From Octopus sinensis (lineage: Eukaryota): a DNA stretch of 64,000 bases. A program made the position numbers and the translations under genes. Of the stretch, positions 53,296 to 64,000 are shown in pieces. The notes beneath the pieces were generated by a model. It did not search any database and had not been told where the DNA came from. It saw nothing but the letters and a program-made list of their open reading frames with translations. Where the stretch lies: contig NC_042998.1 in the NCBI RefSeq assembly GCF_006345805.1, forward strand, positions 11,346,001 to 11,410,000, written 5' to 3'. Numbering within the stretch: position 1 is the stretch's first letter; each line of letters opens with the position of its first letter.

Positions 53296-54635
53296 TTCTA
53301 GACATAACATACTGCTAATTTAATTGTTCTCAAGTGTTTGAGACTGAAATACCACCGGCAGAACGGAGCTGAGCTGACCTTTGATGGCAGAAATATGACA
53401 GGTCGAAGTTGAGCTTCGTGGCACAGTTACGATAGAACTTAAATGACCTTGATAGCGCAAATGTGACTGACAGCTTAACACAAGGACAATTGAGAGGCAG
53501 TTTACTGGAATGCTGGCTTTCAATAAGCATTATTTGGCAGTTTACCTCCATGCGGAATGTGTTTTTAAGATAATGTTGATTGAGGTAATCCTTTGATCAA
53601 GTTCTGAGCTTACTAGATATCATGATTACGGTGCAACTAGAGCAAGAACTTTTACGTTTATCTCTTGCTAGCTGCTGCAAATCATACGTAGTGTTCGTGT
53701 TATCTTAATATAGATATTTCAGTCGTTAGATACGGTTTAGCATTTAAACCGGATATATTCAACCGAAGTATTCCACCTATTTGTTCAAACTAACCAGATC
53801 CAACCTCTCATACCGATCCTACAAGGTTCCAAAAAATAAACAATCACATCATCGAACTCTCAAAGCTGTGAGATAACGCATGACTATTTCAAAACTGTGA
53901 ATAAATTAGCTTTACATTTAACAAAGTAAACTGAACGCTAAAGGGATGAGATTCTACTATCTCCCCCTTCATCATTGCATATCCACGCAACCATGTACTT
54001 ACACAGGTACATACACTCGCGCGCGCGTACATACACAAATATTCACATATACACGAGTGAAATATTTAGGACGACATAATAGTATAGTCCTATCCCAGGA
54101 GGAGCAAAGTAAAGCCCTGGAGCTCTTCAACAGATATCCTCAGTAACCATAGATTAACATTAGGTTCCCTAAATCAGTGGGTTCCTCGAGCAATCGCTCA
54201 GTTTGCCTGGGTAACTCCACTTCTCTGATCCAGGGGAACACGGAGAAACACGCTGGTAAATGAATATGTGATTAGGTCAACATTATCATGTGGTAACTCT
54301 TCTGTAACTTTTAGTACCGGAACCTTCCACATGAATAGAGAGTTGGACAGAGGAAGCAGATGGAGAGAACAGAAACAGGATAACTAACGCACATGAGCAA
54401 TACTACTGGTTATACTCATGATTATACCTACTTACTAAAGTAACTCCATCTGCCCATAAAATCGAGAACATCATGGATTGCAGCGGCAGTAATGGCGGTG
54501 GTGGTATGACTTTTGTTATGGACAAGTTATAATTAATTCCACATGAATATAGTGTTATATTTATAGCTCTGTACATGTGAGTGTATGCATAAATGTGTGT
54601 TGTACTTTGTGTGCGTGTGTGTCTAGTTATGTGTG

Positions 54636-54689
<54 letters not shown>

Positions 54690-55943
54690 TGGTGTACTTG
54701 AATACATGTAAAAGAAAGATGAAATATTACTTCTAATTGACACTATAAATAACTTAATGCTATTCATAGAAAGTCGCTGCAGCGAACGAACAATCGAAAC
54801 GTAAGTCTTAAGCGTTTCTTACAACTAGATCAAGGTCTCATGACAAAAACGAGCATTATTTGTATATATTTACAAGTGTCGTATATGTTTAGAAAAATTA
54901 AAAGAAGCTGGGTTATTCGACGAAAATACACTGTTATATAACTGTCGTCTTATAGTGATCTTCAGCTTTCCTCTCCAAATTCATCTCTATCTCAATCTAT
55001 CTTTGTGTTATAAAATATAAACCACAGACTGATGAAGAACATGATGCAATGTATGATGGGAAAATATGATGCAATGTTTAGTAAATTCTGTCCCGTTTAT
55101 TCACACTGTGTTCCACTTTTTACTACTGTGCTTCAATGCTTTGTCCAAAGAAAAGAAATAATGAGAACCAACGGGAGCCACCAACTAGTCACACAATCTG
55201 CTAGAAATAACAGCCAGATTTCCTTCAAATTGGAACCTTACCGCCTTGAAAGGAACTCATTGGGTAGTGTTGTCCAGGATACAAAGAAGTTTGAGCTGTT
55301 AATGGCTAGAATACTCTAACAAAACCGATTTGGTGTTAAACAACAACAAAATCTTGCTCTAGAGAATAACAGATAACTAGAGAAAAATATTTTGCCTGAA
55401 CACTTGGTCAAATTATTTTACAAAGCGCTTACTACAGTCAGTGTTGGTGCTGATCAAAAATATCTTCAGTCAAAGGTATTCTAGCCTTGACCATCTCGTA
55501 TTTTTAAAGGTTTCTAGGACTACAATGAGACAATGTGTCCTGCAATTTTTAAGAAGTTGGGCTGTAGTTTCAAAGATTATGCTACTCTTTCCTGTAAGTC
55601 AAACGGTTTCCTCTTTGGCTCGTTCTAGTTAATGATTTCTTCTTATTGTTGCAATTTAGATCCCAGTTAACAATACAAATCAGACCTATGATCAAAAGTA
55701 TTTCCACCGTGACCATCCAGTTTTTTCCTATACACAGATAACTTAAGTTTATATTATCCAATGTCTTCTTTTCGAAGACGTTCAGTTATGATTTGTGGGG
55801 AAATTTGACTGTTATTTCTAGCAAGTCAAGCGAGCATATTGATTCCTTATTGCCAATGTAATTCAGGGTAATCAAACTATGCGTTTAACTGACCATCATT
55901 TTTGAATGATATTAATAATATTATGAGTTCTTTTCAAAAACGG

Positions 55944-56290
55944 TGAGCTGGCAGAAACGTTAGCATGCCGGACGAAATGCTTCGCAGTATTTCGTCACGC
56001 CGAGGTCTAATTTGCCTTTCGGAGTCGATACATTTAGTACCTATTTCTTTATTACCCACAAGGGGCTAAACACAGAGCGGACAAACAAGGACAAACATAG
56101 GTATTAAGTCGATTACATCGACCCCAGTGCGTAGCTGGTACTTAATTTATCGACTCCGAAAGGATGAAAGGCAAAGTCGACCTCGGCGGAATTTGAACTC
56201 AGAACGTACTGGGGTCGATCTAATCCAGTGGTCCCACTCTCCCAAAATTTCGGGCTTTGTGCCTACAGTAGAAAAGATTATTACTTCTTT
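55944..56290. mobile_element. Opposed SINE family B fragments (+ at ~55944-56040, - at ~56040-56290)
   Basis: GGTGAGCTGGCAGAAACGTTAGCATGCCGGACGAAATGC head on +, then the reverse complement of the B unit. Confidence 0.75.
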
Positions 56291-56701
56291 TGGAGAAAAT
56301 AAATGAAATCCAAGGTTATCAGCTTCGGTAGAATTTGAACTCAAAATGGATTTATTTCCAAATGCATTTATTTTCAAATGAATTTATATCCCGTTTCAGT
56401 CAAATTACCAATTCGAGAATAGGAAAATATATATTGTATGATAGTCATGCACCACTGAAATATATATTGCGCTAACACAATATCACATGCTAAAGTATTC
56501 TACAGTTAGAAATCATAAGTATCATATCACATGATTTTGCAGCAGATGTTACAGTCCAAAGTGATTTTACTAGAATAATTCTGTTGTCGGAAATAAAGTT
56601 CAACAATGATGAAATGTAATTCCAGGAAAATTAATTAGTACTTTTAATTAACATGGTTTGCAGGGTTATTTTTCGGTATTCGTGTATTATTATTATTATT
56701 A

Positions 56702-56737
<36 letters not shown>

Positions 56738-56939
56738 TTCAGCAAATTAACTGCCGTATAAAGACGAGAAATTAGCAGAAATTTGCAGTCTTTGGTCCGG
56801 CTCATACAGATACCGCCGAGGTCAATTTTTTGGGGGGGTCAATGAAATAAATACCAGTAACGCGTTGGGGTCGTTATGATCGACTGGCCCACTCCACCAA
56901 AATTTTAGGCCTTCTGTCTATAGCACAAATGATTACCAT

Positions 56940-56980
<41 letters not shown>

Positions 56981-57745
56981 GGCAGCGAGCCGGCAGAATC
57001 GTAAGCACGCCGGGCGAAATGTTTAGCAGTATTTCGTCTGCCGCTACGTTTTGAGTTCAAATTCCGCCGAGGTCGACTTTGCCTTTCATCCTTCCGGGGT
57101 CGATTAAATAAGTACCAGTTACGCATTGGGGTCGATATAATCGACTTAATCCGTTTGTCTGACCTTGTTTGTCCCTTCTGTGTGTAGCCCCTTGTGGGCA
57201 GTAAAGAAATAGGTATTTCGTCTGCCGCTACGTTCTGAGTTCAAATTCCGCCGAGGTCGACTTTGCCTTTCATCCTTTCGGGGTCGATTAAATAAGTACC
57301 AGTTACGCACTGGGGTCGATATAATCTACTTAATCCGTTTGTCTGTCCTTGCTTGTCCCTTCTGTGTGTAGCCCCTTGTGGGTAGTAAAGAAATAGGTAT
57401 TTCGTCTGCTGCTACGTTCTGAGTTCAAATTCCGCCGAGGTCGACTTTGCCTTTCATCCTTTCGGGGTCGATTAAATAAGTACCAGTTATGCACTGGATC
57501 CGATGTAATCGACTTAATCCGTGTGTCTGTCCTTGTTTGTCCCCTCTGTGTTTAGCCCCTTGTGGGTAGTAAAGTAATAGGCATTTGTTCCGCCTTTACG
57601 TTCTGAGTTCAAATTCTTCCAAGGTCGACATTACCTTTCATCCTTTAGTGGTCGTTAAAATAATTACTAGTGAAACACTGGGATCTATGTAATCGACTAG
57701 TCCCTCCCCAAATTTGAGGCCTTGTACCTTTAGTATAAACGATTA
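56981..57745 (+). mobile_element. SINE family B with an internal 184-bp tandem array (3 full units plus 1 diverged terminal unit)
   Basis: Head GGCAGCGAGCCGGCAGAATCG; units start at 57029, 57213, 57397 and 57581; (ATT)n tail. Confidence 0.92.
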
Positions 57746-57769
57746 TTATTATTATTATTATTATTATTA

Positions 57770-58317
57770 TTGAGTGAGAGAGCAGTGCATGCCATCAAAG
57801 TGACACTGGGGTAAAATATACGAAGCCCAGTATACCCATCATGACTACCGTCTGATAAGGGTACACCAGGCACATGCATCACAACCATATGTGCACGACA
57901 TGGTGATCGTATATCAAGATAAACAGCGCATGACTTTGCAGGTGGTGCTCAGTTAGAATTTTCTTCAGGTCGAGTAACCCATCCCGCTCAAAAGGTTCCT
58001 GAATAAGGTTTGTTTAAGGATGATGAACGAAACACCCATGTTTCCATGGTTGAATTATCCAAACCCCAAGAATTCCTCTCACCACTGATACTCCCCCTCT
58101 ACTTCTGCTCGTGATCAGAGATGCATATATCATCAGCCACCAAGGGAAATGCTCAACTGGTTAAGGTCAAGCAACTGACAAGCAAATCTGTGGTATTGAG
58201 CAGAATATTTGCTGTAGCTCATCTTTTATACCAAGACAAAACAATGTACATGGTTACACTTCCAATCAGTTAAAATCAGAAGCCATGAGAGCCAGTACCT
58301 GGTACTGCATCAGGGCA
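57770..58317 (-). mobile_element. Dispersed retroposon family D (~550 bp, SINE-like or LINE 3' end)
   Basis: The minus strand ends ...GCACTGCTCTCTCACTCA(AAT)n. A second copy lies at 58728-59200. Confidence 0.75.
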
Positions 58318-58529
58318 TTATTATTATTGTTGCTATCTCCTTTCAAGTCTGTTTGAAAAAGGAAAGAAGAAAAACTTTAAAAAGATAGGAAAAATTTTAA
58401 AAAAGGAAAGAAAGAGGGAAAATAAAAAGAAAATTCAGTGATAATGTTCTTCTCAAAGCGTGTAACGTACCAGTTAGAATAATCTTTGGTGTGTATCTAA
58501 TTTAATAGTAGTTTATATTTGCATTATAG

Positions 58530-58705
58530 CGTCGGACAAAATGCTTAGTGTCACTTCTTCCAGTTTTACTTTCTAAGTTGGCTTTGTTCTTCATCCTTTC
58601 GGTGTCGATAAATAAGTACCAACTAAACACTAGGATCGATGTCTTGGCCTAGACCCTGCCCACCAAAATAATTCAACTCTTGTACCTATAATAGGAAAGG
58701 ATCAT
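58530..58705 (+). mobile_element. SINE family B, decayed
   Basis: TTCATCCTTTCGGTGTCGATAAATAAGTACC...TTGTACCTATAATAGGAAAGGATCATTATT. Confidence 0.65.
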
Positions 58706-58727
58706 TATTATTATCATTACTGTTATT

Positions 58728-59200
58728 GAGTGAGAGAGCAATGCTTGCCATCAAAATGAGACTGAGTTAAAATATACGAAGCCCAATATACCCATCACGA
58801 CTACTCGTCTGATAAACATGCACCAGGCACATGCATCACAACTATATGAGCGCGACATGGAGATCTCATAACAAGATAAACAGCGCATGACCTTGTAGGT
58901 GAGACCAAGTTAGAATTTTGTTCAGGTTGAATAGCCCAACCCGCTCAAAACGTCCCTAAATAAGGGTTGCTTAAGGATATTGAATGAAACACTCATGTTT
59001 CCAGATGTGAATTCTTCAAACCCCAAAGAATTCCTCTTAACACATGGCTATGATGCTCCCCCTCTACTTCTGCTCGTGATCAGAGATGCACATATCGTCA
59101 GCCACTAAGAGACATGATCAACTGGTTAAGGTCAAGCAACTGACAAGCATATCTATGGTAGTGAGCAGAATATTTGTCGTAGCCCATGTTTTATAGCAAG
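58728..59200 (-). mobile_element. Family D retroposon, second copy lacking the 5' end
   Basis: Colinear with 57770-58250. Confidence 0.75.
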
Positions 59201-59234
59201 ACAAATTATCATTGTCATTATTATTATTATTATG

Positions 59235-59400
59235 AATCGGCGAGCTAGCTCTGAGTTCAAATTCCGCCGAGGTCGACTTAGCCTGTCATCCTTTCGGGGT
59301 CGATGAAAATAAGTGCCAGTTGAGTATTGGGGTCGATATAATCGACTAGCCCCTCCCCCCAAATTTCAGGCTTTGTGCCTATAATAGAAAGGATTATCAT
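59235..59400 (+). mobile_element. SINE family B with internal deletion and (CTT)/(ATT) tail
   Basis: CTGAGTTCAAATTCCGCCGAGGTCGACTTAGCC...GTGCCTATAATAGAAAGGATT. Confidence 0.8.
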
Positions 59401-59437
59401 TCTTCTTCTTCTTCTTCTTCTTCTTCTTCTTCTTCTT

Positions 59438-59520
<83 letters not shown>

Positions 59521-62500
59521 GCGACGAGTTAACAGAATCGTTCAAGAGCCAGAAAGATTCTTTGCAGTATTTATTTTGATTCTAAACATATTGAGTTCAA
59601 ATGTCTACTCTGACTTTACTTCACCTCAAAGTTGATGAAATATAGTACATATTTGTACTGGAGTCGTTATTAGCAACTACTTCCACCATCACCCAATTGT
59701 TGTTCCTGTGCCTAAATTAAAAGCTATTATTATCTCACGACGTATTTTGAACTATAAAATAAAGTAATGTATCTAAGTATTATTTTGCCCAGGATTCCTG
59801 CCGAAATAGCAATCCACCTGCTTAACTTTTAATTGATACTTTCTTTTAAAATTGTCATGCATATACACGCGAATCTCGTAACTCTTTTGACTGTAGGGCA
59901 CCACTATAGAACTGGCTTTGATATAATGATGCCAAGAATGATTACGAGGATGGCTTCTTTACCTTCTCCAGAGCCAGAATACTATTTGATCTAAGCGCAA
60001 CAATCATTTGCTGATTTTACAATGTTACCGTTGCTAAGACGAGCAGTTATTCCTGTCATGTCATACTTATTTACAGCTAGGCAGACTGAACTATTTGGCC
60101 GCACACAGCTTGTTTCGGCTGTTATTATACGAACTATCGGAATCTACATGGTTATCCATACCTTCGACCATTATCTTTCTTCCATATTTAAGAAAAATAA
60201 TTTCGATAAAGATCGGAATCGAATACATTATAAATTCATTTCAACAACTTCCTTCGATTCAGCTTTTTTGAGTCCTTCGGTTGTTCTTAAGTTTATTCTC
60301 CAGTCACACGGATTATTCCTCAATCATAAGATTAAACGCCAAGTACGTAATACAGCGGTCAGTGTTGCTATCACTGAAGCTGCAGTTTCATTCATTGCTG
60401 CCTCTGAATCCTGCCATCATCCTGCTGTTCCTGCTACAGTTTCTACTGCTAAATGTTTCCTTGAAAATCTTCCGCTTTCGTTACTCTAAAGTATAATTTT
60501 ATTCTCTCTCTTCATTCTTCTAGAACTATTAATCTTTTCGGTCGATTGATCTATGTCTTTATCAATAACTGATGTTAAGCAAACTAAACACTCTTTCAAA
60601 AAGGTATGAACGTCTCAATATCCAAACGAGGGAACTTCTGTTAGGCTGCTCGACCTCCCAGAAATAGTAACTGCCAAATCTCCTTACTATCTTAAAGAAA
60701 GAAAGAAAGAAAGAAAGAAAGACAAAGTACTGGAAAAAATACAGTAAATCCTGGCTGGAATACTTTTGAATCATATGTCTGCTCAATCAGGGTTGAATAT
60801 GGGCTATGCAACATCAACAACGCACGTATACCTTTAAAACCTAACAGTTTAAACTTATCTATGAAACCAGTATTTGCTATTGTATCAATGAAGGTGAAAA
60901 TTACAGAGTGTCGAATTATTGTATATACTATGCAACATCACACTTATGAAGTTAAATCATTCAAGAGTTCAATAAAATTAATACCATTGATATCGATACA
61001 ATGGAATATATTTTCCAAACACAATTCTCTTGCTGGTGATAGGAATTGCAATCGTATTGGTTAGACTTGTGCTTAATATCAAAATGAAAACATTGTACAG
61101 TCCTATTCAGACATGTTGCTATACTATAATGGCATTGCACTCTTGAGTTTGTACTCCATAGATAGTGATAATTATAATACTGAAACATTCCAAATCGTTC
61201 CAGCATTATAAATCGTGCCATTTCTTCCCTACAGGATATTATTGTTTCACTTTACATAACACGAACAGAAGTAGTTGACATCTGATATCCAAAATGCAAC
61301 ATCTTATAAAAGTATAGTATATTATGATACTATAATTTCCAGTCATTTTCACGTCATTCGATATTCTTAGGAGAGCCACGGGAACTAAAGCTAAGAATAA
61401 AAAATTCTGGTGGTGGAACATGTAGTCTCAGAGATTTATAACCTGATGTCCGTTGTATACTGCCTTAGAGATTGAAGAAAGGAAGACTATGTAACCATAT
61501 GTTTCTGAGAGATAAACATTTATGTGTATATTATACAGTAATAGATGGATTTGTCGTAAAGTGTGTCGACCAAGGCTTTCCGTTTCATGGAGCATAAACA
61601 GAGAATTTTAAAGCAATGAGCATATGATTTCCATTTCATAATTTAGAGCAACCTCACTGTCTTATGTTTCACATCAGACACCACATTAGCCTGTAACTTC
61701 CTTTTTGTATTCACATTAATTTTAATATTTTTTAGTTCACATTAATCACTGCTACATTGCCCCAATTTTTCTTGCTGGTCGTATTGTCCTTTATCTTCCA
61801 ACAATATCAACACTGTCTTTAATTTCAACGTTGTAACCGTATTCCCCTGCATTTGAAAAAGAAGAGGAATTATATAATCAAATATTTCAATGCAATAGCT
61901 CCATTGTGCAGCATTTCAATGTTAGCTACAGAAAAACATCTTTCCTTCGTTATGTTTATTTAGCTGCATCGCAGATTCCAATGGAATTCTGAAATTGATA
62001 ATAGTGTGTCGCTTTGACAAGAAGCTGAAGTTTGGGAGATTTTATGATTCTAGAACTGAATCCATTTCCTCAAGATAGCTGCGGGCAATTTTCTATATGC
62101 AAACGTTTTATAAACTAGGAAATTTAGGGTATTGAATCTTCTAACGTGAAAATAATCCCATGTTTCTACTAAATAACTTATGACTGACTGCTTCTCTCTA
62201 ACAAGATACAAACTGCATGGTGTTACCAGTAAAGATTAGATATTAAAGCTAATCTTTTTCTTAAGCACAAAATTCCATTATTGTAATGGATAATAGTTAC
62301 AATCGATTTGTGGCAAATGATTATTGCAATTGGTGTGCATTGACGAACTGCGCTATATCTAACGATGGCCAACATTCTTCCACCTAATTTTCAGCTACTG
62401 GTAACGTACTTCCCGTTGAAATGAACCATCGTTGATTACAAAAATTCTGGGACTACAGACATGACCTAACACTATACCTCCTTGCATCAATTCCACTGTT

Positions 62501-62660
62501 CTTGTAAGGTATTAATATCTGAACGATTTATCCGTATCATAGAAGTAAATGTTCAAATGAATCTTGAAAAATAGGAGAAAATGTTCTTTAGAGCTATTAA
62601 AAAACAATTGAAAAGAATATTTACAAAAATTCTGTTTTGTTTTCTTTCAGATAACAAATC

Positions 62661-62729
62661 ATGAAAACTACTTCGATAGTCGTTTTGATTCTGTATTACT
62701 GGCTAGGATGTTGCTATAGTTACAGAGAC
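62661..62729 (+). CDS. First coding exon of a host gene encoding a predicted secreted or type I membrane protein (signal peptide)
   Basis: Acceptor TTCTGTTTTGTTTTCTTTCAG| at 62650, 10-nt UTR, then ATC ATG AAA. Translation MKTTSIVVLILYYWLGCCYSYRD has n/h/c signal-peptide regions. Donor |GTAAGT at 62730, phase 0. Confidence 0.7.
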
Positions 62730-62883
62730 GTAAGTAAAGTAATCTTTCTATAATTTAACATTCGCATGTGCACATGAATGTAAGAACAAATATTTCCAAA
62801 CACATATTCATACACCCCCACACACATATATACATACATACATACATATATATATATATACATACATACATATACATATATAT

Positions 62884-62947
<64 letters not shown>

Positions 62948-62952
62948 CATAT

Positions 62953-62983
<31 letters not shown>

Positions 62984-63037
62984 CATACATACATTCATAC
63001 ATATATATATATACTTATATGCGTGTGTGTATATGCA

Positions 63038-63083
<46 letters not shown>

Positions 63084-63283
63084 ATATATATACGTACATA
63101 TATATGCACACGTATATAATATATATGTGTGTATGTGTATGTGTGTGTGTATCTGTGTGTGGTGGGGGTGTGATGCGTGTGTAGGCATACCGGAATGGAT
63201 GTATGGTGATGTGATGTTATTTGAGTTTATTTATGTATTTACGTTCTGTTATAATTTACATTATTTTGCATTGTTACTGTTAT

Positions 63284-63674
63284 CATCATCATCATTGTTT
63301 GACCGTGGTCGAGACAGTGGAATTTACCATGCTACGCCAGACTTCACGGTCCATCATGGCATTACGGAGGTCCTGTTGCTGGATGCCTGTATCCCTGGAG
63401 ATTACATCAGGGTAGGAGAGTGTGCGCCCTCTCGTATTGCGAGTAGATGGCTTCCAGAGGAGAAGAGGAGAAATTACCTCTTTTTCAGCTCTACAACAAT
63501 GTCCAGCAAAATGGACTCTCCTACCTTTCACAAGAGATGACACAGGTGGTAGTTTCCCATATATTTGCATTTTGGTTGGATGGCGCTTCCACGAGAGGTT
63601 TTGAGCTCTCATAAGGAGGCGAGTGTAGGTTCCATCCAACCGCCTCTCAAGCTTCTTTGATAACGTCCAGGTTT
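63284..63674 (-). mobile_element. RTE-clade LINE 3' end, 5'-truncated, with a 7-bp TSD
   Basis: ETWTL...LDGTYTRLLM...FAGHC...MMDREVWR; (TGA)n tail; CTGTTAT at both 63277-63283 and 63675-63681. Confidence 0.9.
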
Positions 63675-64000
63675 CTGTTATAGTATGTACAAGCAGTGCC
63701 TTGATAGAAATGATAAAGCACTGGACTAAACCCATGTCGATATTTGGTTTCATGAATCTCTATGCATTGTGTTCAAAGACATTGAAGGCGATTTGAATTC
63801 ATTTGAGTTACAAGTTTATGAAGCATTAACCTGTAGCGACGTAGGTACAATAAGCTGCACCTCACATGCTACTTATTTATCGAAAATTGGATTGAGTTGT
63901 TGAGAGCTTGGCACTAAGTACCCGGTCAAAATGTAGCGTCGCCTCTGAACTGCTCTTTGAATGTATCTCATTTGAGATGTTTGTTAGAGACTGCATCAGA

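Noticed and set aside
57029-57745. Regularly spaced repeats resembling a CRISPR array
   Set aside because: The units are contiguous with no unique spacers, there are no cas genes, and the context is eukaryotic.

Overview
This is AT-rich, microsatellite-saturated eukaryotic DNA, mostly intergenic or intronic, with one 100-N scaffold gap at 40981-41080. The tRNA-headed SINE families, dense (TA)n/(CA)n/(GATA)n tracts and retroelement mix suggest an octopus or other coleoid cephalopod genome; that is an inference, not a database match. There is no complete protein-coding gene. The only credible host coding sequence is a signal-peptide exon at 62661-62729 (MKTTSIVVLILYYWLGCCYSYRD), bounded by a good acceptor and donor. 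The rest is mobile DNA: two decayed mariners, hAT-like and pogo-like MITEs, two Helentron/DINE-like elements, two long-armed foldback palindromes, two CR1-clade LINE fragments, an RTE 3' end with a TSD, at least four Penelope-like (RT/GIY-YIG) remnants, and many SINE copies. The most interesting signal is a set of type I hammerhead-ribozyme motifs, several with palindromic stem III and two with a CCGANGA core. Most lie next to Penelope remnants. One sits in a ~250-nt, highly structured, retrozyme-like island at 5779-6008. Nearly all ORFs in the supplied track are microsatellite artefacts.
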